Source of the DNA: a bacterium
GTDB lineage: Bacteria; Patescibacteriota; Minisyncoccia; Phycocordibacterales; JAUSHB01
Direction: 5' to 3'
Assembly: GCA_030648955.1 (NCBI GenBank)
Contig: JAUSHB010000011.1
Span: 7,366-71,365 of the forward strand
DNA length: 64,000 nucleotides
Part shown: positions 29,426-39,188 of the stretch, piece after piece
How positions within the stretch are numbered: the stretch's first letter is position 1
How the letters are laid out: every line of letters begins with the position of its first letter
Notes under the pieces: generated by a model
Told to the model about the DNA's origin: nothing
Seen by the model: the letters and a program-made list of their open reading frames with translations, nothing else
Database searches by the model: none
Translations under genes and position numbers: made by a program

Positions 29426-29454
29426 AACGTACATGAATCGATAGTTCCTTATCT

Positions 29455-31209
29455 TTATAGTGCCGTAACCGTGAAGTTCTTGAACTTGATATTCGCATTA
29501 TCGCCACGGATACCGACCTTGCCCGGATTCCTAATGGGGGCGCCGCCGATCGAGCCATTATCGATCGCGCGCGCAAGGAGCTTGCCATTTTCGAATAATT
29601 CAATGGTGACCGATCCGTCCGTGTTGTTTTTTACAGTCGCTTTCACATGTTGCCATGTTCCATACGACACCGGGTGCGCATTGAATGTACTCAAATTGTA
29701 ATATGTTCCGCCGTTAGATGTTCCGCCCGGTACTTTCTTCTTAATTGCAACCGTATTGTCGCGCCGATTTACCGATGCATAATACAGACTTTCCTCACTC
29801 TGGTAGCGCAAAAACACGTGTACGCCATCCCAATCAACCGCCGGCGTGTTCCCCGTTGATACGAGCCCCTGGTTCAACAGATCGAATTCAACCACAGTAT
29901 TTCCGAAATCCGCCCGCTTTGTAGTAAGTCGAAAGACCGCGGAATTATTCCCACTAGTCGAGAGAGCGTTTGGAGCGACCGTGTTAGGTACACCAGTCCA
30001 ACCAGCTCCCCCTTGGGCAAAGAGTGAACCGCTCGTCATTTCCCAAACACTTGATTTTACACTTGATGCATTTGTCGGATTCCAGTAAGCGTATTCATTC
30101 GTGAGTAGTCTGTCTGCATATTGACTGAATGCATCAGCAAAGAGTACTCGAGTATTGCTTGTAGAAATGACTGGCGAGGTAGTTGGTGTGGTTGTGGTTG
30201 CAATCGTAGGCACTGCAGGTAATTGGGCACTTATTCCCAACACAAGTGTGGTTGTTGTGAGTTTGAAATTATCAAACTCTGTATCTGCAAAATCACTTTG
30301 GATACCCACAAGCCCGGTCGCCGTGATCGGAGCTCCGTATATACTCGGGTCATCGATTGCTTCTGTTGCCAATTGCCATACGCCGGCGTTTCCTTGGTCA
30401 ACGTACAGTGAGAGCTTTGGGTTGCCCGCGGCGCTGGTTGATACATCCATGCGTAACCCAATCCATGTGCCTTTAGGAATAAGGTTAGGATTTTTAGTTG
30501 CATCATAGGTGCCGCTAAATATTTTTTTATATGCGAGCGTCTGATACACGCCATTCACTTTTTTCTTTATGACAACTCCCCCATCAGAACGAATACCGGC
30601 GTAATAATACGTGTTGTCATTAACATAGCGCGCGAGGAGCGATACACCGTTCCATGGATGGCGGTTCTGTGTGTTAGAAAGATTATCCTTATTTTCTTTT
30701 ACGTAGACCTGGACGGAGGGGTTGAGTTCCTGCTGGCGCAGAAACATTTGGAAAACATTTTGCGGGTGAATACCAAGGTCGGTTGCCACGGGATTTTTCA
30801 TCGCATAGAGCTTATTCATTGGATTACTTGCCGGAAGATTACCTGAAGTTGTTTTTCCAGTTCCGCTTGAAATAATGAGACTGCCGCCGGATGCAACCCA
30901 CCAATATGGACTAGAGCTCGATATCTGATCTGTAGTTTCATTAAGCGTTCCATCCACATGAAAATCATATGAAAATGGTAGCGTGACCGACTTACTCATC
31001 ACAGCAAAAGATATTTTTGGTATCCCACCAAGAAAAAGTGCTGTGATGCCGGCAAGAAACACTGCCCAAAGTACCATGTTACGCATTCGCGTGGTTATTT
31101 CTGTCTCCGCCGCTATAGAAGAAGTGGTGATGCTTGATGTAGTATATGGTTTGTTTTTTGTTAATCTATCCGATGCATGCGTTACGCCTGGATAATAATT
31201 ATTGTTCAT
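29455..31209 (-). CDS. Secreted protein with two ConA-like lectin/glucanase (DUF1080 / 3-keto-disaccharide-hydrolase-like) domains
   Basis: Signal anchor. Internal duplication (LLARYVNDNTYYYAGIRSDGGVVIKKKVNGVY versus VFLRYQSEESLYYASVNRRDNTVAIKKKVPGG). The C-terminus ...GKVGIRGDNANIKFKNFTVTAL matches the DUF1080 ending (G.IGLQ.H...V.FRNI.I). Confidence 0.6.
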   Translation of the reverse strand: MNNNYYPGVTHASDRLTKNKPYTTSSITTSSIAAETEITTRMRNMVLWAVFLAGITALFLGGIPKISFAVMSKSVTLPFSYDFHVDGTLNETTDQISSSSPYWWVASGGSLIISSGTGKTTSGNLPASNPMNKLYAMKNPVATDLGIHPQNVFQMFLRQQELNPSVQVYVKENKDNLSNTQNRHPWNGVSLLARYVNDNTYYYAGIRSDGGVVIKKKVNGVYQTLAYKKIFSGTYDATKNPNLIPKGTWIGLRMDVSTSAAGNPKLSLYVDQGNAGVWQLATEAIDDPSIYGAPITATGLVGIQSDFADTEFDNFKLTTTTLVLGISAQLPAVPTIATTTTPTTSPVISTSNTRVLFADAFSQYADRLLTNEYAYWNPTNASSVKSSVWEMTSGSLFAQGGAGWTGVPNTVAPNALSTSGNNSAVFRLTTKRADFGNTVVEFDLLNQGLVSTGNTPAVDWDGVHVFLRYQSEESLYYASVNRRDNTVAIKKKVPGGTSNGGTYYNLSTFNAHPVSYGTWQHVKATVKNNTDGSVTIELFENGKLLARAIDNGSIGGAPIRNPGKVGIRGDNANIKFKNFTVTAL

Positions 31210-31576
31210 TTCTTTTTTTTATGGTCTCGTCCAGGCTCAACTAATATCGTAGAAATTTCGCGTAGTTTTATTTGAGCTATACTGAGCGTTTTGATAATAT
31301 TCCCACATCGACAGTGCATGAGAACAAAAAAAGTGTATCAGTATTAATTTTTGGTCGCAAGAAAAAAATCATGCATTTTCATGCACAATACACATCTTCA
31401 TGAACATGGGCAAAATAACTTTGAAACCTTAACTACATTTTCATAAAGAAAAGATGAAGTTACTTGTAAGTTGTCCACAGATTAAAATGAGACCAACCTG
31501 CCTAATACAGAAAATTGCAAAAACATCGCGCAGTAATAAGCACTGTAGTGTTTTTAAGAGTATATAAAAATATCTA

Positions 31577-33271
31577 CTAGAGTAAATCTTTTACCCCTTG
31601 TTCTATGGTGATTACGGGTGCGTTTTTTTGGATTAAATAATCAATAATTTGATTAAACGTGTCCGGGGTTGTACTGTATTGCTCCCCACTCGTATCAATT
31701 TGATGAAATCCCAAGATAAGCCATTCTTTATTTGCAAGAGCGGTATCGATCCATGTTTTGACATCTGCTACAGTAGTATTTACTTCAACGCCCATTCGTG
31801 GAAGCGTAAAGGGATTTTCTGTTTGTTGTGCATAATATTTGCCGGTTCCCCGTGCATTAGCAAGTCCGGCATTTTTAACAATCCCAACGACTGCATCATT
31901 ATGTTCACCGTACGGATATGCAAATGAAAGTATGGGACCCACATTGAACGCAAGAAGATCCTGGCGTGAACCCTGTATCTCACTTTGTTGTTGCGCTAAT
32001 GTTAGGCTTGGCAGGTGCGCATGCGTTCGTGTATGCGCACCGATCTCATGTCCGTTGTTGTATATATCAATTACTTGAGCAATACTCATAAATCCGGGAT
32101 ATCCATAATTAGAAAGTCTTTGACTCACAATATAGAACACCCCCTTAAGTCCGGAGCTATTCAGTTTTGGAATCGCGTTCTCGTATTGAGAGAGCGTGCC
32201 GTCGTCAAATGTCAAAGACACTGCACCTGTGGTGAAAATTCCCTTCGGGGTCGACAGTAACTGAAGTGACGTATTATCAATGGTCAGTGTACCAACCTCC
32301 GCGATCAAATGAAAAACGGTAACCGTGCTCACATTTGCAGGGACACTTAATTGAGCGGATGCGGCGGTAAACACGTTGGTTGGAGGAAGTATTTTTAAAT
32401 CTACGTAGAAAAAAGTTCCATCGGTATACTGATATTGGACAGTAAGCTTACTGGTTGCCGTTGAAATATATTGATCAGAATATACATACACTCCCGGTGA
32501 AAGCGCACGCGGGGTAAAATACCACTTAGCATCTCCACTGGTGTAGTTTGTGATCGCTACCTGTGCCGCGCGACTCCCCGAAACTCCGGGAACAGGATAG
32601 GTGAAAGTGCGCGTACTGCTTCCCCACGAACCACTGTTCCAATAGGCAGGCTTATTTGGTACATCACTACTTTCAAGATCGGGATTCAATATCAAATTGG
32701 GCGGTCCTGTTGGCAGAGGAGGAGTTATTTCATTCAATGAATAATCGTCCGTCGTGAGCACCCCCACTTGATTGATGAGATGAAAGATGGTCAGCGAAAC
32801 AGCGTTTTGAGGAACAATAAATTTAATGGTTGCATTTTGATACGCCGAATTTGGACTTAATAATAAAATGTCTTTATACATATAACCGCCTCCTGAAAGT
32901 GCGTACCGAGCAGTAATAATACTGGGAACATTTGACTGGAAATAATCAGAAAATTGATATGTGTGCCCGCTTTGAACCGCCACATCACCAAAAAACCATT
33001 TAGCATCTCCCCCCGTGTAAGTGGTAATGCTTACTTTTGCCGCATACGCATCATCGTATCCGGTGACAGGATATGAAAACACGCGCGTATTGTTTCCATA
33101 TCCACCCTTACTCCATCCGGTCGGAGATATGGGAGAAGATTTAAACGATGGATTCCCAATTAAGTTTGGCCCAACAGTTTGCGCGTGGACAGGAAGTGCA
33201 AACAAGAATGCTCCACCAAGTGTGAATATAACCAAAGAGATTATCTTTCTGTATTGTTCTGTTTTTGCCAT
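31577..33271 (-). CDS. Polysaccharide deacetylase (CE4, NodB-homology) with two N-terminal carbohydrate-binding modules (CBM4/9-like)
   Basis: Signal peptide. Two repeats beginning NLIGNPSFKSSPISPTGWSKGGYG / NLILNPDLESSDVPNKPAYWNSGSWG, in CBM_4_9 style. CE4 motifs VSLTFDDGTLS and GHEIGAHTRTHAHLP. Confidence 0.8.
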   Translation of the reverse strand: MAKTEQYRKIISLVIFTLGGAFLFALPVHAQTVGPNLIGNPSFKSSPISPTGWSKGGYGNNTRVFSYPVTGYDDAYAAKVSITTYTGGDAKWFFGDVAVQSGHTYQFSDYFQSNVPSIITARYALSGGGYMYKDILLLSPNSAYQNATIKFIVPQNAVSLTIFHLINQVGVLTTDDYSLNEITPPLPTGPPNLILNPDLESSDVPNKPAYWNSGSWGSSTRTFTYPVPGVSGSRAAQVAITNYTSGDAKWYFTPRALSPGVYVYSDQYISTATSKLTVQYQYTDGTFFYVDLKILPPTNVFTAASAQLSVPANVSTVTVFHLIAEVGTLTIDNTSLQLLSTPKGIFTTGAVSLTFDDGTLSQYENAIPKLNSSGLKGVFYIVSQRLSNYGYPGFMSIAQVIDIYNNGHEIGAHTRTHAHLPSLTLAQQQSEIQGSRQDLLAFNVGPILSFAYPYGEHNDAVVGIVKNAGLANARGTGKYYAQQTENPFTLPRMGVEVNTTVADVKTWIDTALANKEWLILGFHQIDTSGEQYSTTPDTFNQIIDYLIQKNAPVITIEQGVKDLL

Positions 33272-33273
33272 AA

Positions 33274-34137
33274 TTATAGGGTGGTTATCTTGTAATTTTT
33301 AAACTCTACGTCCATAAAATCGGTGCGGATACCGATATTCCCCGCGTGTGTGAGCATCACACCGTTCGGAAGTCGACTTGGATCATCGATCACGGTAAGT
33401 ACCGTCTGCCATGTATTATGACGATAAATACCCAATTGGATCATCACCCTTGCATCAGTCTCGTTTTTAATATTCATCGAGAGACCGATCCACTCACCTA
33501 TAGGCAATACGTTTGGATTCTTTGTGCGATCGTAATCCGTCCCATTATCAAGCGTTACCGTCCCGAGCGTTTCATATAGTCCATTAAGTTTTCGTTTTAT
33601 GACCGCCGTTCCATCAACACGCACGCCCGCATAATACAAATTATCTGCATTTACATAACGCCCGAGAAATAAGACTCCATTTGATCCATTTCGCTCAGGG
33701 GATTTACTTGTCTGATATGATTTGATGTTGAAATAAAATTCTCCATAAAAGTCTTGGCGTGGAACCTTATTGATGAGCCTGAAAATGTTTTGCGGATATG
33801 ACCCATTTTCGGTATCAATAGGATCAGACAAGGCATATAACTGTCTCCACCGAGAACCGTGATAGATCGGACCCATGTGCGTTTGCCCAATTCCGTTATG
33901 TACCGAAAACGACGCGCCTGAATCAACCCACCAGCATACATCACTGCTCGCATTCATACTCTCCGCTTCTTCAAGAGAAAGTTCTAAGGGGAATGATTGG
34001 CATGTTGATGATGTACTATCGGCAAGGGTTATATTTTTATTATTAGTGATAGTTTGTACAACCACATATGTAATAAACACACTAAGGATCAAAAAACTTC
34101 CTGTAATGATTGATGTTCTATGTCTAAGGCTATTCAT
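33274..34137 (-). CDS. Secreted ConA-like (DUF1080-type) domain protein
   Basis: TM/signal anchor. VLFLGRYVNADNLYYAGVRVDGTAVIKRKLNGLY ... GNIGIRTDFMDVEFKNYKITTL. Paralogous to the domains in 29455-31209. Confidence 0.6.
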   Translation of the reverse strand: MNSLRHRTSIITGSFLILSVFITYVVVQTITNNKNITLADSTSSTCQSFPLELSLEEAESMNASSDVCWWVDSGASFSVHNGIGQTHMGPIYHGSRWRQLYALSDPIDTENGSYPQNIFRLINKVPRQDFYGEFYFNIKSYQTSKSPERNGSNGVLFLGRYVNADNLYYAGVRVDGTAVIKRKLNGLYETLGTVTLDNGTDYDRTKNPNVLPIGEWIGLSMNIKNETDARVMIQLGIYRHNTWQTVLTVIDDPSRLPNGVMLTHAGNIGIRTDFMDVEFKNYKITTL

Positions 34138-34160
34138 AACGTTTATAAAAAATATGCTTA

Positions 34161-35720
34161 TTACTTCTCGATCGCTCTCGATGTTGTTTTGACTGTACTT
34201 GTGCTAGAAAAAGCAATGGACTCAACGAGCACACGGGTAACCTCTAATGCGCTTGTTCCATTCACGTGATCCCATACTTTAATCCCAATTCCACCACGAG
34301 AAAGGTGCTCATCTAGGAATTCGGTTTTTGCAAGAACATGTCCATTAATAAGACATTCCACGGTTCTCCCATACACACGAATTGATGCAATAAAACTATT
34401 TTGCTTCAGAAGATTTTCATTAGTGACCTCATTCCCTTTTATAACATTCGTTACTCCCCCCACCGTCTCTTCAACGTGGACAAGGTCATTTCCAAAATTG
34501 CATGCAGCATAATTTTCATCGTCTTGATATCGCGCCCAAAGATACAGATTGCTACCGCCATGCCAAAGAAGATTGGTACTAAATTGATAATCCTTCCACT
34601 CGTGTGAACCGTCAAGAATAATTACACTTCCCGTACCCCCCGGATTCGCCCGCACCATGAGATGACTGTTCTCAAATGCCATTTCACCCCACAGAGTGTT
34701 AATCCACCCGTCATCATTGGTTAATTTTGGATTAAACGGGATAGGCTTTGCTTCACCTTGATGTATTGTGGAAAGAAGATTTTTACCAGACCATTCTGGT
34801 AAGACACTAATACGCTTTACGAGATAATGTCCGTTTTGAGACGGAACCGGATAGTTTTGCGTAAAACGTTTAGTGGTAAAAAACTGAAAGAACGACATGG
34901 CGTATGCTTTTTCAGCAATACTCATGACTGATCGCTGTGATATATTAGTTGATTCTTGTCCTAGTTCCCCAAAGGGAAAAGCAAAGGCGATGATTGACTT
35001 TCCTAAGAGTCCCTCAAGACCTTCCTTGGATCCGACAATCTCGTTTCCAAGTTCACTTTGTGGAACTGTTTCAAGGTTACGATGGGTACGCGTATGTGAT
35101 TCTATTTCCCACCTTCCGCTTTTCTCCATTGCTTGGAGCTCACTTTTTGTCAAATAATAATTATTGGCGTCGAGTAATGAGAATTTTTCGATAGCAAACA
35201 TGACGGCATTGAAATGAAGCGCTCGGAGAATCGGGTCAACGGGATAGTATGTGTCCTTTCGTCCATCGTCAAACGTAAGAAGAAATGACTTATTGGGAAG
35301 TTTTTTCTCTCCTTTTAAAAATGAATAAAAATCATCGATTGTGACTGTTTGATAACCAGCATTCTTAAGTGTAGTCATCTGGTCAATAAATGTGTCGAGA
35401 TCAATGTTGGAACCATCCGTCGTGTTTAAAATTCCGTGATACATAAGTACGGGTACTGATTCGGCAAAATCACTTGAACGTGTTCCCGATTCAGACATAG
35501 AGGATGCTCCGTGTGTCTCAAAAACAGAACCGACCACGGAAGCCGTGTTTTCAAGAGTTTGCGCAAACACAAACATATGTGATTTAAAATAATACGCTTT
35601 GTAGTATGGCGCTGAATATGTATAAGCCTGAAAACCAAAAACAGCAATGCCATACACCAAGCAGACCATGGCAAATATAGTAAGCTTTTTATTAAATATC
35701 TTTTTGTGTGTGAAATACAT
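34161..35720 (-). CDS. Polysaccharide deacetylase (CE4) fused to a C-terminal ConA-like (DUF1080-type) domain
   Basis: TM anchor. CE4 motifs SFLLTFDDGRKD and WEIESHTRTHRNL. C-terminal NLYLWARYQDDENYAACNFG...GGIGIKVWDHVNGTSALEVTRVLV resembles the lectin-like domains of the neighbouring genes. Confidence 0.75.
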   Translation of the reverse strand: MYFTHKKIFNKKLTIFAMVCLVYGIAVFGFQAYTYSAPYYKAYYFKSHMFVFAQTLENTASVVGSVFETHGASSMSESGTRSSDFAESVPVLMYHGILNTTDGSNIDLDTFIDQMTTLKNAGYQTVTIDDFYSFLKGEKKLPNKSFLLTFDDGRKDTYYPVDPILRALHFNAVMFAIEKFSLLDANNYYLTKSELQAMEKSGRWEIESHTRTHRNLETVPQSELGNEIVGSKEGLEGLLGKSIIAFAFPFGELGQESTNISQRSVMSIAEKAYAMSFFQFFTTKRFTQNYPVPSQNGHYLVKRISVLPEWSGKNLLSTIHQGEAKPIPFNPKLTNDDGWINTLWGEMAFENSHLMVRANPGGTGSVIILDGSHEWKDYQFSTNLLWHGGSNLYLWARYQDDENYAACNFGNDLVHVEETVGGVTNVIKGNEVTNENLLKQNSFIASIRVYGRTVECLINGHVLAKTEFLDEHLSRGGIGIKVWDHVNGTSALEVTRVLVESIAFSSTSTVKTTSRAIEK

Positions 35721-35777
35721 GGTGTTGGCAATGATGATTTAGTAAGTAAAAATACTCATGCGAAGCGCTTTGGGATC

Positions 35778-37151
35778 TTACCGTGTTCCCCATTTTGCAT
35801 CGCGAATTTTTAAAATGGCGTATGGTAACTGCCAAATCATCACGAGCGTATAGAATGTCGCAAATGCAACACCATAAATCCACTTTCGATCTTTGGTATA
35901 AACGTAGTAATAAAGCCCGTAAATAACGGCCATGAGAACAAGCCCGAGCACATAATATATAGGTAATCGATCTCTCATGATCGGATACCAAATAAAAGCC
36001 CGCGCAACAATAATAGGAGCGAGAAGTGGCAAAATAACACCGAGATAAAATGAAATACTCATAATAATATTTTTACGCCACATAAAAGTCCCCGCGACAA
36101 GGCTTTCGCGAGTCCATGATTTTTTCCAGCGTAACTGCTGTCGCATAAAGACCCCAAATGTATCAGGAACAAATGTGTGTGCGATAACATCAGGAGCAAA
36201 AATTGCATCATACCCGTAATAAAGCATATAGTTGGTGAGACTCCGATCATCGCCATAGGTGCATTTCACACCAAGAAAACGTTGGTTTTCCCATGCATTG
36301 AGAAAGGGTAAAAGATATGACCGACGATATGCCGAACAGCATCCAGAACAGCATGTTACCGCACCAAAAAGTGCTTCTGCTGCTTTGTACGCCTTAAATG
36401 CAACATAGTAGCGAACTGCCTGCATCTTGGTGAGTATATTTGTTTCTGCATTAGCAACATACGCATGTCCAGCAACAGCGCCAATCTTAGGATGACTGAA
36501 ATACTTAACTACTTTTCTGGCCGCATCGGGCTCAACAAAACTATCAGAATCGATAAAGAAAATAAGTTCTTTTGATGAACGTTTGACACACTCGGCCATT
36601 CCTTCACGTTTTCCACGATTGTCTTGCCAATCAATAACCTCTACATGAATCCCCATTGTCCGAGCCTCTTCTTTTGCCGCATACATTTCTAGGAGTGTAT
36701 TGTCGGTTGAACCGTCATTGACCGCGATGATATCGAATTTATTTTTGGGATAATCCGAAGCGGCAATACGAAGGATTGTTTCTTTGATATTCTCTCCTTC
36801 GTTTTTAGCGGGCACACCAAATGAGATAGTCGGCTCATATTCGTCAACACCTTCAAAATCAAGCGGTTTGGGGTTGTAAAAATACGCCAGAGCAAAACGC
36901 GATATGATATAGAGCGACACTGCAATACTATAGCCGGCAAATAAGATGTTGTTATCCAACTGTTTAATGGTGACAAATTTGATCAAAATAACCACATAAA
37001 TCAGGAAAAAGAATATTGCCCATATATGTATGTCGCGTTTCTTTGTTATCTTGCCGGGCGTGTGAATCTTTTGAAAGATAGCCTCGTTGGGAGGAATGCT
37101 CTGCGATTCTATGTTTTCTTGCGTGATTGATGCTACTTTCATAATGATCAA
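35778..37151 (-). CDS. Processive family-2 glycosyltransferase, hyaluronan-synthase/NodC/chitin-synthase-like
   Basis: AVNDGSTDNT (DxD), FIDSDSF, CCSGCCSAYRR, YGDDRSLTNYML (compare G(D/E)DRHLT of HasA/NodC) and QQLRW (QxxRW processivity motif). TM helices lie at both ends. Confidence 0.85.
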   Translation of the reverse strand: MIIMKVASITQENIESQSIPPNEAIFQKIHTPGKITKKRDIHIWAIFFFLIYVVILIKFVTIKQLDNNILFAGYSIAVSLYIISRFALAYFYNPKPLDFEGVDEYEPTISFGVPAKNEGENIKETILRIAASDYPKNKFDIIAVNDGSTDNTLLEMYAAKEEARTMGIHVEVIDWQDNRGKREGMAECVKRSSKELIFFIDSDSFVEPDAARKVVKYFSHPKIGAVAGHAYVANAETNILTKMQAVRYYVAFKAYKAAEALFGAVTCCSGCCSAYRRSYLLPFLNAWENQRFLGVKCTYGDDRSLTNYMLYYGYDAIFAPDVIAHTFVPDTFGVFMRQQLRWKKSWTRESLVAGTFMWRKNIIMSISFYLGVILPLLAPIIVARAFIWYPIMRDRLPIYYVLGLVLMAVIYGLYYYVYTKDRKWIYGVAFATFYTLVMIWQLPYAILKIRDAKWGTR

Positions 37152-37282
37152 AATTTATATTAATAATTAGTTTTTTATTTTGTCTTTAAATCTCAAATAA
37201 TCCAGTCAATGATCCGTTGTTATTTTTATACCCTATGTGGTATATGCAAAACGTGAACCGTGTAATTGCAAAAGAAATACAC

Positions 37283-38608
37283 TCACCTTCCAATACCGGC
37301 ATAGAGAACGTTTGACATGAGAAATTTTTCTTTACTGAGACAATTTCTGCCATCGACAATAACCGAAACACCGTGCTCCTCGAGACGGCGCGGACTAAGT
37401 TCTTGCACAAACTCTTTGTGAGCAGTTGCCACGATAACCGCCGTTGCCCCCGAAAGTGCTTCATTCAAATTTTTTACATCGGAAGATCTAATGGCATACG
37501 GATCATACGACACGGGATGAGCACCTTTTGCCTTAAGCGCTTCAATAATTTTGTGTGAGGGACTTTCTCGGACATCATCAACACCTGGTTTGTACGACAT
37601 ACCCAGTACTGCGACCTTTGAACCGCGGATCACAAATCCTTTGGCACGAAGAGCTTCTTCGGTGATTTCTACGGTAAACATCGGCATATGGTTATTGATA
37701 CGGCGCGCCATTGATAAAAACTGATGATTGAAGCCGTTTTCTTTTCCACAATTGATAAGATAGTACGGATCAACGGGAATACAGTGGCCACCAACCCCGC
37801 ATCCCGGAAAATGTGGCATAAATGAAAACGGTTTTGTTGCAGCACCATTAATGACGTTCATGACATCGATGCCCATTTTTCTAAATGACATCGCAAGTTC
37901 GTTTACAAATGCAATATTTACGTCACGAAAAGAATTTTCTACTACTTTTACCGCCTCCGCTTCTTTAAGTGAACCCATTGGTTTGACGCGAGCACTCAAA
38001 ATTGATTCATAAAATCTTACGGTCTGCGCAAGCCCACGTTCAGTGGAACTACCAACAACACGGGGAATTGACTCCACATTCCACACAGTATCTCCGGGGT
38101 TAATCCGCTCCGGACAATGTGAAATTTCAAACTCAACCCCACAAGCAAATCCAGACCCTTCTTCAAGAATAGGCATGATAATATCTTCGGAAACACCAGG
38201 ATTGACCGTTGATTCAATGATGACCAACGTCCCGCGTTTCATGTGTGGGGCGATGCTTCTTCCAGCACTCGTGAGCGGTTCAAGATTCGGCATGTAATCT
38301 TCATACACCGGCGTTGGAACACATATCACAATGATCGTTGCTTCTGCTACTCGTGCGGATTCGGTGTCAAACTTCATAGTAGTCTTTTTAAGCTCCCTGG
38401 TGATTCCTTCGTCAATAAACGGTGATGTTTTTTTATGAAGCAATTCGATTTTATGAGCATCATGATCAATGCCGATAACACGATATCCCTTTCGTGCGCA
38501 TAAAAGCGCAAGGGGTAATCCAACATATCCAAGACCTACAACAGCGACTGTTTCTTTGGAAACTTTTTTGGGGGTTCTTTTTGCTTGTGAATGGCTCTTC
38601 TTTTTCAT
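37283..38608 (-). CDS. UDP-N-acetyl-hexosamine 6-dehydrogenase (WecC/WbpA/TviB clade of the UDP-glucose/GDP-mannose dehydrogenase family)
   Basis: Rossmann motif VAVVGLGYVGLPLALL. Catalytic region GCGVGGHCIPVDPYYL: 'GGHCI.VDPYYL' is typical of UDP-ManNAc/UDP-GlcNAc dehydrogenases, whereas UDP-glucose dehydrogenases have GGSCF. Confidence 0.85.
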   Translation of the reverse strand: MKKKSHSQAKRTPKKVSKETVAVVGLGYVGLPLALLCARKGYRVIGIDHDAHKIELLHKKTSPFIDEGITRELKKTTMKFDTESARVAEATIIVICVPTPVYEDYMPNLEPLTSAGRSIAPHMKRGTLVIIESTVNPGVSEDIIMPILEEGSGFACGVEFEISHCPERINPGDTVWNVESIPRVVGSSTERGLAQTVRFYESILSARVKPMGSLKEAEAVKVVENSFRDVNIAFVNELAMSFRKMGIDVMNVINGAATKPFSFMPHFPGCGVGGHCIPVDPYYLINCGKENGFNHQFLSMARRINNHMPMFTVEITEEALRAKGFVIRGSKVAVLGMSYKPGVDDVRESPSHKIIEALKAKGAHPVSYDPYAIRSSDVKNLNEALSGATAVIVATAHKEFVQELSPRRLEEHGVSVIVDGRNCLSKEKFLMSNVLYAGIGR

Positions 38609-38955
38609 ATGGGTATTACATTCGTAAATGTATCTGTATTAAAAAATAAATATATTAAAGAGTGATAGAGACAAAAATCATCTTCAATTCATGATGTTAT
38701 ACTAATGACCATGAAGAAGTGTTGAAGTACGTTTTTGTAGAAAACGCGATCAAGGGAAAATATACGCGCTACTATCCATGAGGAAGAAGAAAATAAAACA
38801 TGAGAAAACATGACGACCCTTCATAAATACGCCTACATCTTGAATACCATGGGATTCATATAAACAGAATAATATCCTTTGTTTCTAGGCTATATTTAAA
38901 ATAATTCTCTAAATAATGAAGTGCGTATGAAAAAAAGATAACCATGGTATCATTA

Positions 38956-38982
38956 AAAAGATGAAGTTTCTTCATCTTTTTC
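38956..38982. promoter_or_regulatory. Hairpin in the 580-bp divergent intergenic region (putative regulatory / attenuator element)
   Basis: aaaaagatgaagtttcttcatcttttt is a perfect 12-bp stem. No ORF lies upstream of it that it could terminate. Confidence 0.3.
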
Positions 38983-39188
38983 TCATCACCTATTTGAGAT
39001 ACTGTGTGCTAGTAAAAATAAGCAATAAAGGAAGTAAAAAGTGCAGCACTAAAAATGCATTTAAATTTTAAAAAAAATCTTTTGCGAATGTGGTCTCAAT
39101 CGCACCTCAAAAATTCTTTAAAACTTAGATGCGTAATTTTTGATCGAAGAACGTTCTCTATTAACAACAGTCAATAAGTACCACACCT

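Noticed and set aside
37186-37464. 92-aa ORF bridging the GT2/dehydrogenase junction
   Set aside because: It overlaps the 3' end of the dehydrogenase gene in another frame. It has no support.
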